From contig OZ253480.1 of the NCBI GenBank assembly GCA_965261895.1, forward strand, positions 549,560-613,559: a stretch of DNA of 64,000 nucleotides. Direction: 5' to 3'. The DNA is from an uncultured Candidatus Binatia bacterium (GTDB taxonomy: Bacteria > Desulfobacterota > Binatia > UBA9968 > JAJDTQ01). The notes under the pieces were generated by a model. It was not told the DNA's origin, ran no database searches, and was given only the letters and a program-made list of their open reading frames with translations. Shown here piece after piece: positions 1 through 10,100 of the stretch. How positions within the stretch are numbered: position 1 is the first letter of the stretch; every line of letters starts with the position of its first letter. The position numbers and the translations under genes were made by a program.

Positions 1-60
1 GCGTCCGGCCCGCCACACCGTCCCGCACATCTTCGTGAACGTATTCGAGGGAGACCGGCG

Positions 61-1410
61 TCAGAGTCCCAGCGCATCCAGATCGATGCGGTCCGTGACC
101 TCCTGGGGAATGCGGTTGCGGGGCGTGTACTCGGCCAGGGAAGGTTTGGCCGTGGCGTCGACGCCCCACTTGGCGGTGTAGCCGTCGGAGTCCGTGGAGG
201 GGTCGAGGTCCGAGCCTCGGGTGTTGGAGATCACCATGATGTCGCGGTCGGCCTGGCACCGCGTGCCCAGGGCCCAGGCCACCTCCCGGTCATCGAAGAT
301 GTTGACGTCGTGGTCCACCACCACCACGCGCTTGATGTACATGTCGGCGCCCAGCACCGCCAGAATCGCGTTCTTGGCCTGTCCCGACACCCGCTGCTCA
401 ATGGCCACATAGCAGCTATAGGGCGCCGGCACCCGCACCGCCTTCACCGAGGGGACGATGGCGCGCACGGCTCGGTAGAGGTTCGCTTCCATGGGAATCG
501 TGGACAGCAGCAGGTGGTCCACCTGGGCCACGGCGATATCGTGGAACAGCGCGCCTTGCCGCATGGTCACGGCGTTGTACCGCACCACCTCGCGTTGGCG
601 CTGGCCGAGGCTGTACCCGGTGAACTCGCTGAACGGCCCCTCCGGGGTCCTTTCGCCGGGCAGGATCTCGCCCTCCAGGATCATCTCGGCGTGGGCCGGC
701 ACCAGCAGGTCCGAAGTCTCGCAACGCACCAGCTCCAGCGGCTCCCCCAGGATCCCGCCCATGATGGCGCGCTCGTCCTCGTCGATGGAGCCGATGGCCA
801 GTGCCCCCAGCCCGATGGCGGGATGGACCCCCACCGCAAACGCCACCGGCAGCGCCTCCCCCCGGGCCTCCGCCTTCTGGTAGAACTCCCACAGGTGCTT
901 CGACGCGGTGATGTGGATGGAAGTCCGATCCCTCCCCATGATCATCAGACGGTTGTAGGCGCAGTTCCAGGTGCCGTCCTCCGGATCCCGGGCGAACGAG
1001 ATGGCCGCGGTGATGTAAGGACCGGCGTCCGCCGCATGGTGAACGATCTGCGGCAACGCCAGCAGATCGACGTCCCTGCCCGTTTGCACGACTTCCTTCA
1101 CCGGTCCGGTGTCCACCACCACCGGCGCCACCGGACGCTCCATCGCCTTGAGAAATGCCCGCTGGAGATCACGAGGCTCGGCGTTCATGGCCAGCGCCAT
1201 GCGCCGCCGGCCGGCATGGAGGTTGGTCACCACCGGAAACGCGCTGCCCTTAACGTTCTCCAGCAGGAGAACCGGCCGGCGGCGCCGTTCCCGCGCCAGC
1301 TTGGCCACCAGTGCAGACACCTCGTGGAGCGGATCCACGGGATCGGAGATCCTGACCAGATCATCCTTCGATTCGACCAGCTCGAGATAGCTTCTGAGGT
1401 CCTGCGACAT
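61..1410 (-). CDS. UbiD-family (3-octaprenyl-4-hydroxybenzoate carboxy-lyase-like) decarboxylase
   Basis: 449-aa ORF. Its length, overall sequence character and conserved blocks (for example GYSLGQR and MILEGEI..PGERTPEGPFSEFTGY) are typical of the UbiD/PAD decarboxylase family. No ubiX is adjacent. Confidence 0.75.
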   Translation of the reverse strand: MSQDLRSYLELVESKDDLVRISDPVDPLHEVSALVAKLARERRRRPVLLLENVKGSAFPVVTNLHAGRRRMALAMNAEPRDLQRAFLKAMERPVAPVVVDTGPVKEVVQTGRDVDLLALPQIVHHAADAGPYITAAISFARDPEDGTWNCAYNRLMIMGRDRTSIHITASKHLWEFYQKAEARGEALPVAFAVGVHPAIGLGALAIGSIDEDERAIMGGILGEPLELVRCETSDLLVPAHAEMILEGEILPGERTPEGPFSEFTGYSLGQRQREVVRYNAVTMRQGALFHDIAVAQVDHLLLSTIPMEANLYRAVRAIVPSVKAVRVPAPYSCYVAIEQRVSGQAKNAILAVLGADMYIKRVVVVDHDVNIFDDREVAWALGTRCQADRDIMVISNTRGSDLDPSTDSDGYTAKWGVDATAKPSLAEYTPRNRIPQEVTDRIDLDALGL

Positions 1411-1569
1411 GAATCACCCGTTCACGAAAGAGTGCTGTGGTACGCGCATCAAACGATTTCTCGCGCCAAAGCCACAAGTTAATCAAAAACCCCGGCGATT
1501 TTAAGGCGACTTTGACTATTTCCGTCGTCCGGCTTGGGATCGTTGACGATTCAGCGCGACAACGGGGAC

Positions 1570-1590
1570 GGGCGGGTTTGAAACCCGCCC
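1570..1590. repeat. Family-A hairpin repeat GGGCGGGTTTGAAACCCGCCC
   Basis: Perfect 21-bp palindrome with ctaca flank. One of 10 copies (also 11648, 11750, 11853, 38665, 43533, 52994, 53138, 53321, 55024). Confidence 0.9.
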
Positions 1591-1775
1591 CTACAACTGC
1601 CACGCCCGAACGCAGCAAATGATCACAACGTCCTCAAGATTCGATTCGCGTCGATCCGGCTTGACAGGCGATCCCTTTCCGGCCAAGAAACAGTGGCCTG
1701 CAAGCTTCGGCCGCGGCGCGTCCCGCGCGCGATCCAGCGCCAACGAGCGTTGCCGCACGTGGACACGGAGGACAT

Positions 1776-2345
1776 ATGGCTATTATGGACGAAACCGACG
1801 ACCCGGGCTGCTGCTCCATCGACTACACTCACCACAAGGAGGTCTTCGAACGCCGCCAGAAAGCCTACCGGGAGGACCCCTCCAAGGCGGTGACGGTGCA
1901 CGAGGCTCAAATCCGGCTGGTCAACGACCACCTGAAGGAGGCCAGGACCTCCGAAGGCTACACCATCCTCTGCGACGAGCCGCCGTCACGCGGCGGCACC
2001 GGCAAGGGAGCAGCCCCGCTCCAGTACTTCGTCGCATCCATCGGCTTCTGAATGCTCAGCCAGGTGACGCAGTTGGCGTCATTCATGGATATCCGCATCG
2101 AGCGGGCCGAGATGTCGGTGCGGGGAGAGTTCGACCAGAAGGGCAAGTTCGGGTTGTCCGACGTGCCCTCCGCCTGCACCCGTCTGGTCTACCGGCTGGA
2201 CCTGCAAAGCCCGGACAGCCGGGACCGCATCGTCGAGTTCACCGAGGCCCTGGAACGGTCCTGCTACACCACCAACACCCTGCGGAACCCGGTGGAGGTG
2301 GTGCCGGAACTCACCCTCAACGGCGTCGACGTACCGCTGGGTTAG
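1776..2345 (+). CDS. OsmC/Ohr-family peroxiredoxin, candidate selenoprotein (in-frame TGA at 2049..2051 read as Sec)
   Basis: ORFs 1776..2051 and 2052..2345 lie in the same frame and are separated only by TGA. The joined product reads GTGKGAAPLQYFVASIGF-U-MLSQVTQLA, which aligns with the OsmC motif G.NPEEL..AAL.GC.S.AL; the TGA sits exactly at the peroxidatic Cys. A second Cys (SACTR) lies in the C-terminal half, as in OsmC. ATG at 1776. Confidence 0.6.
2060..2088 (+). ncRNA. SECIS-like stem-loop 9-37 nt downstream of the in-frame UGA
   Basis: ccagg-TGACGC-agttg-GCGTCA-ttcatgg. It has a perfect 6-bp upper stem with a 5-nt G/U-containing apical loop and a flanking partial lower stem. Position relative to UGA matches bacterial SECIS geometry. 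Confidence 0.4.
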
Positions 2346-2356
2346 TGGCTCCGAGA

Positions 2357-2504
2357 CATGGCGTCCTTCGACTTTGCTCGCCCTTCGACAAGCTCAGGAC
2401 TCGCTACGCTCAGGACGAACGGTTCTGGAAGTCATTTCCGTTCGTCCTGAGCCCTTCGACAAGGCTCAGGACAGGCGTAGCGAAGCGAAGTCGAAGGACG
2501 CCAT
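2357..2504. repeat. Family-B compound palindromic repeat (REP/MITE-like), copy B1
   Basis: catggcgtccttcgac...gctcaggacgaacgg / ccgttcgtcctgagc...gtcgaaggacgccatt. Arms and sub-motifs are shared with 17491-17594, 45129-45320, 51852-51995 and 57951-58194. It sits between convergent gene ends. Confidence 0.8.
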
Positions 2505-2524
2505 TCCAATTGATCACGAGTCCC

Positions 2525-3346
2525 TTACCCCTGCTCCAGCACCCACCGCGCCACTTCGTCGTGTCGCGCGAACCACACCCTGGAGAACCCCTTCATGTAC
2601 CGGAGAATCTCCGTCAGCGCGGACGCCATCATCGGCCGTCCGCCGAAATGGGCGTGGACGGTCAGATTGATCATCTCCGGCACGTCTGATCGGTAGAGGA
2701 AGTCGAAGGTGTCCTTATAGACGTTGAGGAAATCCCGCGGACTGCCCCGCATGACCCGGTTGTCCGCGAAATCGCTATGGGGGATGGCCACGATGTCTCC
2801 GGATTCGGTGGCCTTCGGGTAGGGAACGTCCGTGTCGTTGTAGTCGCCGTGCCAGACACAGCCCGCTTCCGCCAGAAACCCCGCGGTATGCTCCGTGGGC
2901 GTCGCCCTGGGGCTCAACCAGCCCACGGGCCTCGTTCCCACCGCGCCCTCGATGAGATCGAAGCAGCGCCCGATCACTTCCTTCTCTTCATCCGCGGAGA
3001 GGTCGGTGAGGAAAGTGTCCTGGGTGTACGAGTGGCCGGCCAGCTCGTGTCCGTTCTCGTGCAGGGCCTTGACCGCGTCCGGGAAAAGCTCCACCGAGCG
3101 GCCACTGACGCAGACCGTGGCGGGAATCTCGAACTCCCGGAAGATCTTCATGAACCGCCAGACCCCCGTGCGTCCGCCGTATTCCGACCACGACACCCCC
3201 AGCCGGTCCACCACGCCCGGCTTCAACGGTGAGGACATGGGCGAATAGGACGGCGCCTTTCCCGGAGACCAGGTCTCGAACATGGGGGTCACAAGGACCG
3301 CCACCTTGGCGTCATTGGGCCATTTCTCTATTGCTATTGCCGACAA
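2525..3346 (-). CDS. Polysaccharide deacetylase (NodB homology domain) family protein
   Basis: 273 aa with the HSYTQD (HxxH-like) motif and overall NodB/PuuE-like character. TTG start at 3346 with GGGGAG Shine-Dalgarno 4 nt upstream. Confidence 0.7.
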   Translation of the reverse strand: MSAIAIEKWPNDAKVAVLVTPMFETWSPGKAPSYSPMSSPLKPGVVDRLGVSWSEYGGRTGVWRFMKIFREFEIPATVCVSGRSVELFPDAVKALHENGHELAGHSYTQDTFLTDLSADEEKEVIGRCFDLIEGAVGTRPVGWLSPRATPTEHTAGFLAEAGCVWHGDYNDTDVPYPKATESGDIVAIPHSDFADNRVMRGSPRDFLNVYKDTFDFLYRSDVPEMINLTVHAHFGGRPMMASALTEILRYMKGFSRVWFARHDEVARWVLEQG

Positions 3347-3367
3347 TTTTCTCCCCTTCCCTTCGAT

Positions 3368-4096
3368 TCAGGCCTCCGGCGAACCGGCGCCTCCTGCTTC
3401 TTTCATGAGCTCGATGAACCGCGCCGCGAGCCTCGGCCCCGTGGCCTCGTCCTCGTGCTTGAAGAACACGTAACCATGGGTCCACTTCTGCTCGCGCACC
3501 CTCTCTGCCCACGCCCCGATGGCCTCGTCAGTATAGTCCACCGCCCGCAGCCGGAGATAGCCCCAACTGGCCGTAGACACGAACGGGACCTCGCCGTCGA
3601 GCTCACCATCGGCGACACACAGCGCCACGTCGTGCTCCCGGAACATGTCGAACACCGCCTCATCGAACCAGGAGATGTGACGAAACTCCATGGCGACCCG
3701 CTGTTCCTTCGGCAACGTGCCGAGAAAGTCCCGCAGCCGCGGCAGGTCCAGCCGCAGGTTGGGCGGCAACTGGAACAGTACCGGGCCAAGCCGGTCCTCC
3801 AGGGACTCCAGCCGCTGGAAGAGAAAAGCGACGGCATCCCCCGCCTGCTTCAGCCGGGCATGGTGGGTGATGGCGCGGGAGGCCTTGACGGAAAAGGAGA
3901 ACCCCTCCGACACCTGCTCGCGCCAGCGCAACAGCACCGAATCCGCGGGCATGCGGTAGAAGGTATGGTTTATCTCCACCGTGTCGAACCGGCCGGCATA
4001 GAACGGCAGCATTTCCTTGTCCGGCAGCCCGGCGGGATAGAACCGGCCCTTCCAGGGTTTGTAGGCGTAGCCGCTGGTGCCCACGAAGGTCTTCAA
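3368..4096 (-). CDS. DUF72 (YecE-like) family protein
   Basis: LKTFVGTSGYAYKPWKGRFYP is the hallmark DUF72 N-terminus. Likely TTG start at 4096 with GGAG SD, giving a TTGA overlap with the upstream thrC stop; the raw ORF extends to 4213. Confidence 0.65.
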   Translation of the reverse strand: MKTFVGTSGYAYKPWKGRFYPAGLPDKEMLPFYAGRFDTVEINHTFYRMPADSVLLRWREQVSEGFSFSVKASRAITHHARLKQAGDAVAFLFQRLESLEDRLGPVLFQLPPNLRLDLPRLRDFLGTLPKEQRVAMEFRHISWFDEAVFDMFREHDVALCVADGELDGEVPFVSTASWGYLRLRAVDYTDEAIGAWAERVREQKWTHGYVFFKHEDEATGPRLAARFIELMKEAGGAGSPEA

Positions 4097-5277
4097 GGAA
4101 GATCGCTCCAGAGATGAGGATATTTGAGCCCGGATCCGGTGATCATCAGAACCACGCGCTCCTCCCTGCCCACCTCGCCGCGCTCCAGCAGCCGCCGCAA
4201 CGCCACCAGGCACGCACCGGCCTCTGGCGCCACGAAGATCCCTTCGGCGGAACCGACTTCCCGCACGCTGTCCAGGATCTCGGCGTCGGACACGCTCACA
4301 GCGGTGCCGCCGCTCTGGCGCAGGATGCGCAGAATCATGAAATCGCCGATGACAACCGGCACACGCAGACCCGCGGCCACGGTGACCGGTTGCTTCACCG
4401 CCTCCGCCGTATCGGCCCCGGCCTCGAACGCGTTGACGATGGGCGCGCAGCCTTCGGCCTGGACCGAGACCATGCGCGGCCGCTTCGAATCGATCCAGCC
4501 CAGCTCTTCCATCTCATCGAAGGCCTTCCACATGCCGATCAAGCCCGTCCCGCCGCCGGTGGGATACACCAGCACGTCCGGCAGCGTCCAGTCCATCTGC
4601 TCGGCAAGCTCGTAGGCCATGGTCTTCTTGCCCTCGACCCGATAGGGCTCCTTCAGGGTCGATACGTCGAACCACCCCTCGCGTTCCTTCTTCTCCCCGA
4701 TGATGCGGCCGCAATCGTTGATGAAGCCGTCCACCAGCACCACCTGGGCGCCGTACTGCATGCATTCGACGACACTCACCCGGGAAACGTCCCGCGGCAT
4801 GTAAATGTGGGCTTCCAGGCCCGCTTTCGCCGCATAGGCGGCCAGCGCCCCGGAGGCATTTCCCGCCGAGGGAACCGCCAGGCGTTCCGCCCCCAGCTCC
4901 GCGGCCATGGATACCGCGGTGGTCATGCCGCGGGCCTTGAACGAACCGGTGGGATTGAGAGACTCGTCCTTGAGGTGGAGCCGGGACATACCCAGCCGCT
5001 CACCCAGTCGGCGCGCGTGGACCAGGGGCGTCCATCCCTCCCCCAGCGTGATGATCGAAGCGTCGTCAACCACCGGAAGCACTTCGCGGTAGCGCCACAA
5101 GCTCGCCACCCGCCCCCGCAGGCTGTCGCGGGTCAGCGTCTCGGCCGCCCGCGCCAAATCGTAGCGCACGAGCAGTGGCCGGCCGCATTCCCGGCACAGA
5201 TTGTGGAGGATCCCCCGTTCATGACGCGCGCCGCAACGCGAACATTCCAGATACGTGACGTACATATCGCACCCCAC
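4093..5277 (-). CDS. thrC: Threonine synthase (PLP fold-type II), with N-terminal CxxC...CxxC zinc ribbon
   Basis: HLKDESLNPTGSFKARG PLP-lysine motif and the GNASGALAAYAA and VYPTGGGTG motifs. Start is either GTG at 5277 or ATG at 5265. Confidence 0.85.
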   Translation of the reverse strand: MGCDMYVTYLECSRCGARHERGILHNLCRECGRPLLVRYDLARAAETLTRDSLRGRVASLWRYREVLPVVDDASIITLGEGWTPLVHARRLGERLGMSRLHLKDESLNPTGSFKARGMTTAVSMAAELGAERLAVPSAGNASGALAAYAAKAGLEAHIYMPRDVSRVSVVECMQYGAQVVLVDGFINDCGRIIGEKKEREGWFDVSTLKEPYRVEGKKTMAYELAEQMDWTLPDVLVYPTGGGTGLIGMWKAFDEMEELGWIDSKRPRMVSVQAEGCAPIVNAFEAGADTAEAVKQPVTVAAGLRVPVVIGDFMILRILRQSGGTAVSVSDAEILDSVREVGSAEGIFVAPEAGACLVALRRLLERGEVGREERVVLMITGSGLKYPHLWSDLP

Positions 5278-5289
5278 AGCTCTTCAGTC

Positions 5290-5430
5290 GCCTCGTTCCG
5301 TCCCAAATCCAGCCCCTCTCCCTCTGGGAGAGGGTGGCCTCGTTCCGTCCCAAATCCAACCCCTCTCCCTTTGGGAGAGGGTGGCCTCGTTCCGCCCCAA
5401 ATCCAGCCCCTCTCCCTCTGGGAGAGGGTG
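5290..5430. repeat. 3 x 47-bp tandem array of family-C hairpin repeat (gcctcgttccgtcccaaatccagcccctctccctctgggagagggtg)
   Basis: Three near-identical head-to-tail units at 5290-5336, 5337-5383 and 5384-5430. Each contains the palindrome CCCTCTCCCTCTGGGAGAGGG. They are followed by GGGTGAGGG x2 and an inverted partial copy at 5525-5556. Confidence 0.85.
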
Positions 5431-5599
5431 GCCGAAGGCTGGGTGAGGGCCGGGTGAGGGCGCCCCCAACAACCCTGCCTGCGTCATTCCGTGCCGTACC
5501 CGGCTGGGCAGCTCATTTGAGCGCCCTCACCCCAACCCTCTCCCAGAGGGAGAGGGAGTCGGAAGGTGTGTGTCTCACAAACAGTTGCCGGGATGCTGC

Positions 5600-6697
5600 T
5601 CACATCCGCGGGCTCCACACCCTGCCCGGCACGTAGATCCGGCCCTCAAACAGCTTCCGGGCGGTGCGGACCACGCCGGCCTTCTCTAGCGCGAAGTCAT
5701 CTCCGACCCCGCTCAGCTCGAACGCCACGATGATGGAACCGCTGGGGTGCTCGATCTCCACCAGCTCGGAGAACCCCCCTTTGGTTTCCGCAATACCGTC
5801 GGCCACGGTCCCGGGCACCAGGGCGCAGCTCCCGACGCAGATGGCGCCGGACACCGCGTGGGTGGAATGACAGTCGGTGGGCACGAAGTAGCGGGAGGTC
5901 AGCGCGCCGCCCCGGCGGGGCCGGGAAAGAATCCCGAACTTGGGAATGACCTTGCCGCGGACGTCGCCCAGCCCCATCTTCTCGCCGGCGACCACCCGGA
6001 CCGCTTCCAGCTTCTCCAGCAGCTCCCGGTTGGCATCCAGCTCGGCCTTGCTCTCGTCACCCCGGACGCCCATGCTCTCGGCCGTCGTCAGCACCATCGG
6101 CATGGCCACGTCCACGCAGCTCACCTCGACGCCCTCGATGACTTCCTTGCGTTTTCCCGTCGGGAACAACGCCCCGGTCTTGGAGCCGATGACCTCCATG
6201 AAGTTCAGCAGAATCGGCGCCGCCTTGCCGGGGACCCCGTCAATGACAGTGTCGCCGTCGTATTCGACGTAGCCGTCCGGGGTCTCCACCACTGCCTCGA
6301 TGAGGGAATCGGTATTGACGTTCCGAATATGAATCACGGTCCTGGGATCGTCCGAGGGCACCAGCCCGCGATCGATGGCGAAGGGGCCCACGCCCGCCAG
6401 CATGTTGCCGCAGGTGGGGCTGTAGTCCACGAACGCCCGGTCCACCGAGACCTGGGCGAAGAGGTAGTCCACGTCCGCCCAGGGGTGGTCCGACGGCGAA
6501 ACGATGGCGACCTTGCTGGTGAGGGTGGTGGCGCCGCCGACGCCGTCGATCTGGCGGTCATCGGGGGACCCCATGGCCGCCAAGAGGACCCGGTCGCGCG
6601 TCGCGTCGTCGGCCGGCAGCTCGCCGGCCAGGAAGTACGGCCCCCGCGAGGTGCCGCCGCGCATCATGGTACACGAGATCGCGGTCTGGTTTGCCAT
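5600..6697 (-). CDS. PrpF/AcnD-accessory (2-methylaconitate isomerase / 4-oxalomesaconate tautomerase) family protein
   Basis: MRGGTSRGPYF N-terminal hallmark and the later CHSTHAVSGAIC motif of the PrpF fold. Confidence 0.8.
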   Translation of the reverse strand: MANQTAISCTMMRGGTSRGPYFLAGELPADDATRDRVLLAAMGSPDDRQIDGVGGATTLTSKVAIVSPSDHPWADVDYLFAQVSVDRAFVDYSPTCGNMLAGVGPFAIDRGLVPSDDPRTVIHIRNVNTDSLIEAVVETPDGYVEYDGDTVIDGVPGKAAPILLNFMEVIGSKTGALFPTGKRKEVIEGVEVSCVDVAMPMVLTTAESMGVRGDESKAELDANRELLEKLEAVRVVAGEKMGLGDVRGKVIPKFGILSRPRRGGALTSRYFVPTDCHSTHAVSGAICVGSCALVPGTVADGIAETKGGFSELVEIEHPSGSIIVAFELSGVGDDFALEKAGVVRTARKLFEGRIYVPGRVWSPRM

Positions 6698-6698
6698 G

Positions 6699-7070
6699 TC
6701 AGGATATCCTTTCCCAAATGAGTGACGCCCGGCTGCCCGGTCCGCCCAGCACCGGCGGCGCCGCCGTCAGCACCAGCCGCTCCCCCTCGAAGGAGACCTC
6801 CCGCCGGGTGGTGGTGCCGTCCAGCCGGGGATCGGCGGCGAATTCGATGTGGTGGAGCACCACGTCACCCTGGAGCTCGAACTCGCCGAAGTAACTGAAG
6901 TAGTGGCCGTCGGGCCGGCGGGTGGCGGTGGCCATGTGGCCGTCCGCCGTATATTCCATCCGCCCCACCGTCGGGGCGTCTTCACTCGACCCGGGGTTGC
7001 CGTCGGCGTCGGTGAAACGAAATTCGTTCAGGCGCCATGTTCCGATCATACGGTCTTTATGCATTTTCAC
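6699..7070 (-). CDS. Hypothetical protein, lipocalin-like domain
   Basis: 123 aa. MIGTWRLNEF start is typical of the bacterial lipocalin-like domain. One-nt gap to prpF start, so probably co-transcribed. Confidence 0.45.
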   Translation of the reverse strand: MKMHKDRMIGTWRLNEFRFTDADGNPGSSEDAPTVGRMEYTADGHMATATRRPDGHYFSYFGEFELQGDVVLHHIEFAADPRLDGTTTRREVSFEGERLVLTAAPPVLGGPGSRASLIWERIS

Positions 7071-7129
7071 CCCACTATTGTCAGGATAACGCTTAGCACG
7101 CGGACTTCAACTCCACGAAACCACTGGTC

Positions 7130-10100
7130 TCATGGCTCCTGCTCGACGTTCACGTTTTCCGTAAGCCCGAAATCGTCCAGGATCGCGTAGAGGGCCGGCA
7201 CCAGGAACAATACCTGAAAGGTCGCCGCGGCCAGGCCGAAGGCGAGGCTGGTCACCAGGGGCACCAGCACCTGGGCCTGGAGACTGGTCTCCGTGAGCAG
7301 CGGCAGCACCCCCGCCACCGTTGTCAAGGAAGTCAGCAGGATCGCGCGAAAGCGCTGCCGGGCGGCCCGGCACGCGGCCACGGCCGCCGGCTCGCCGCCG
7401 CGGCGATGGATCTTGATGAACGCCACCAGCACGATAGCGTTGTTGACCACGACCCCGGCCAGGGAGACGAATCCCACCATGCTGGGCATGGACAGCTCGA
7501 GACCCATCGCAACGTGTCCGATGACGACCCCCACGAGGCCCACGGGAATGGCGGCCATGACCACCAGCGGCTCGATGTAGCTGCGGAACTGAAAGCTCAG
7601 CAAGAGGAAGATGGCGCCCAGGCCGATGAGGAAATTGCGCTGCAGGGAGGCCCCGCTGGCCGCCAGCTCCCGGGTCTGGCCTTCGAGCTCCACGCTCAGG
7701 CCCGGGTACCGGGCCAACAGCTCGGGCAGGAACCGGGCCCGGGTATCGGCGATGATCTCCCCGGCGTTGGCCAGTTCCGAATCCAGATCGCCCTGAATGG
7801 TCACGGCGCGGCGTCCGTCGATGCGGTGGATGCGGCTGTAGCCCCGGTCCGAGTCCAGCGTCGCCACCGTGTACAGCGGCACCTGCTCCCCGGTGGGCAG
7901 GGTGACGGCGAACCGGGCCAGGTCCGCGAGGCTGTCCCGGTCCCGGCCGGACAGGCGGATGTCGATCTCGTAGTCCTCCGCGCCGACCTGGAACTCGCCG
8001 GCGTTGCGGCCGTGAAACGCCGCCCGCAGTTGCCGCGCCACCCGGGATGCGGTGAGGCCCAGGACGAGGGCGCCCTCGCGCAGGCGCACGCGCATCTCCG
8101 GCTTGCCGAGACGCAGATCGTCGGACAGATCGAACACCCCGCGATACCCGCGGAGCCACTCCAGCAGATCGGTGGAGGCCGCCTTCAACGCGCCCACGTC
8201 TTCCCCCATCAGACGGATGTCGATAGGCTTCCCGCCCGGCCCGATCTGTGGCTCGCCAAAGGTGAGCGAGATGACGTCCGGCAGCGCCCCCACTTCGGCC
8301 CGCCACCGGCCCATGACGTCGTCCAGCGATACCTCGCGGGACTCGGAATCCACCAGGTCGACGATGACGGTGGCAAGATGTTCCCCGGACTCGTGGGCGT
8401 CCTGATTGCGGTTGAACTGAATCCCGACGTTCCGCACCAGATTTCCGCGCGCGAGCTCCTGGTCCACGGCGCGGATGGCCGCCACCACCTGAGCCACCAC
8501 CGCCTCGGTGCGGGCCAGCGGCGTCCCCTGCGACAGCAGCAATCGCGCCTCGATCACGTTGCCCTCGATATCCGGGAAGGCCCTGAACTTGAGCACGCCG
8601 CCGGCCATCACGGCCACGGAACCGAGCAGCAGGCTCGCGATCAGACCTACCGTCAGATAGCGCCAGGACACGGCCGCGTCCACCAGGCGCCCGACCCACG
8701 TCTCCGTGAAGCGCTCCAGGCCGTTGTCGAATCGCGTCCGAAGTCCTGGGCGCGCCGGACCGCCCGCGGTGCGCAGCGCTCCCATCAGGTGGTGCGGAAG
8801 GATCAAGAACGCCTCCACCAGGCTGAACGACAGCGTGAGGATCAGAATCACCGGCAAAACCTTCATCACCGCGCCGATCTCACCCCGGAGAAACGCCAGG
8901 GCGCCGAACACCGCGACGGTGGTGAGGAACGACGCCAGCACGCCCGGCGCCACCTCTTTCGTTCCCTCCACCGCCGCCTCCAGGGCGGTGTGTCCGGCGC
9001 GGCGCTGGCGCGCGATGTTCTCCGCGATGACGATGGCGTCGTCCATGATGAGGCCGACGGCGATGAGCAGCGCCACCATGGTGATCATGTCGAAGGAGTA
9101 GCCGATGGCCGCCATGCCGGCGATGGTCCCCATGAAGGCCACCGGCAAACCCGCCGCCACCCAGAACGAGTAGCGCAAACCGAAGAACATCCACATGACC
9201 AGGAACACCAGCCCGAGGCCCTGGATGCCGTTGCGCAACAGCATGGTCAGCCGGTCCCGCACGATGGAGGCCACGTCGCGGGTGATCTCGAACACCATGT
9301 CCGGCGGCGCCCGGCCGCGTTCCACGGCGAGATAGGCCCTGAGCGCATCGATGACATCGAGGGTGTCGTCCTGCCGGCCCTTTTCCACCGCCAGATAGGC
9401 GGCCCTTTGACCGTTGAAGAAGCTCTTGTCCTCATCGCGCTCGAAGCGGTCGGTAATGGTAGCGATGTCGCCGAGCCGAATGACCGCGCCGCTTTCCGAG
9501 GCCACCACCACCAGTCCTTCCAACGCGCGGGGCGTCCGCCGCTCATCATCGAATCGAATCAGCACCGTCGTGTCACGGGTCTCCACCGAGCCGGCGGGCA
9601 GCGCCAGACTCTGGGCCGCCACCGCGTCGGCCAGGTCGCCGACGCTGAGACCGAACTGGCGCATGGTGGGAGCCGGGACCTCGATGCGGATCTGGTGCTG
9701 GGAAAAGCCCTGGACGTGGACCTGAGCGACCCCGGGGATCGCCAGCAGATCGTCCTTCATGCGTTCCGCATAGGCCTTCAAACCCTCGGGCCGCAGGGGT
9801 CCCGCCACGGCGATGGAGGCGACGAAGTCCCTGCGCCCCAGTTGGCGCACCACCGGCGCCTCGGCCGCCGCCGGAAAGTCCTGGATGCCGTCGATCTCGG
9901 TCTTGACGTCGTTGAGGAAGCGGTCGATATCGCCTCCTTCCCGCATCACCAGCGTGGCCACGGCCAGCCCTTCCCGGGCCTCGCACCGGGTCTCCTCCCG
10001 ATTGTCGATGGCGTCCGCGACATCCTGTATCCGCAGACAGATGGCCTCTTCCACGTCCAGAGCCGCGGCCCCGGGAAACGGCACTCGAACCTCCACCGAA

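Noticed and set aside
1619-2689. 356-aa plus-strand ORF spanning the osmC region and repeat B1.
   Set aside because: It is out of frame with the OsmC-like motifs and runs through a palindromic repeat. Its translation is low complexity.
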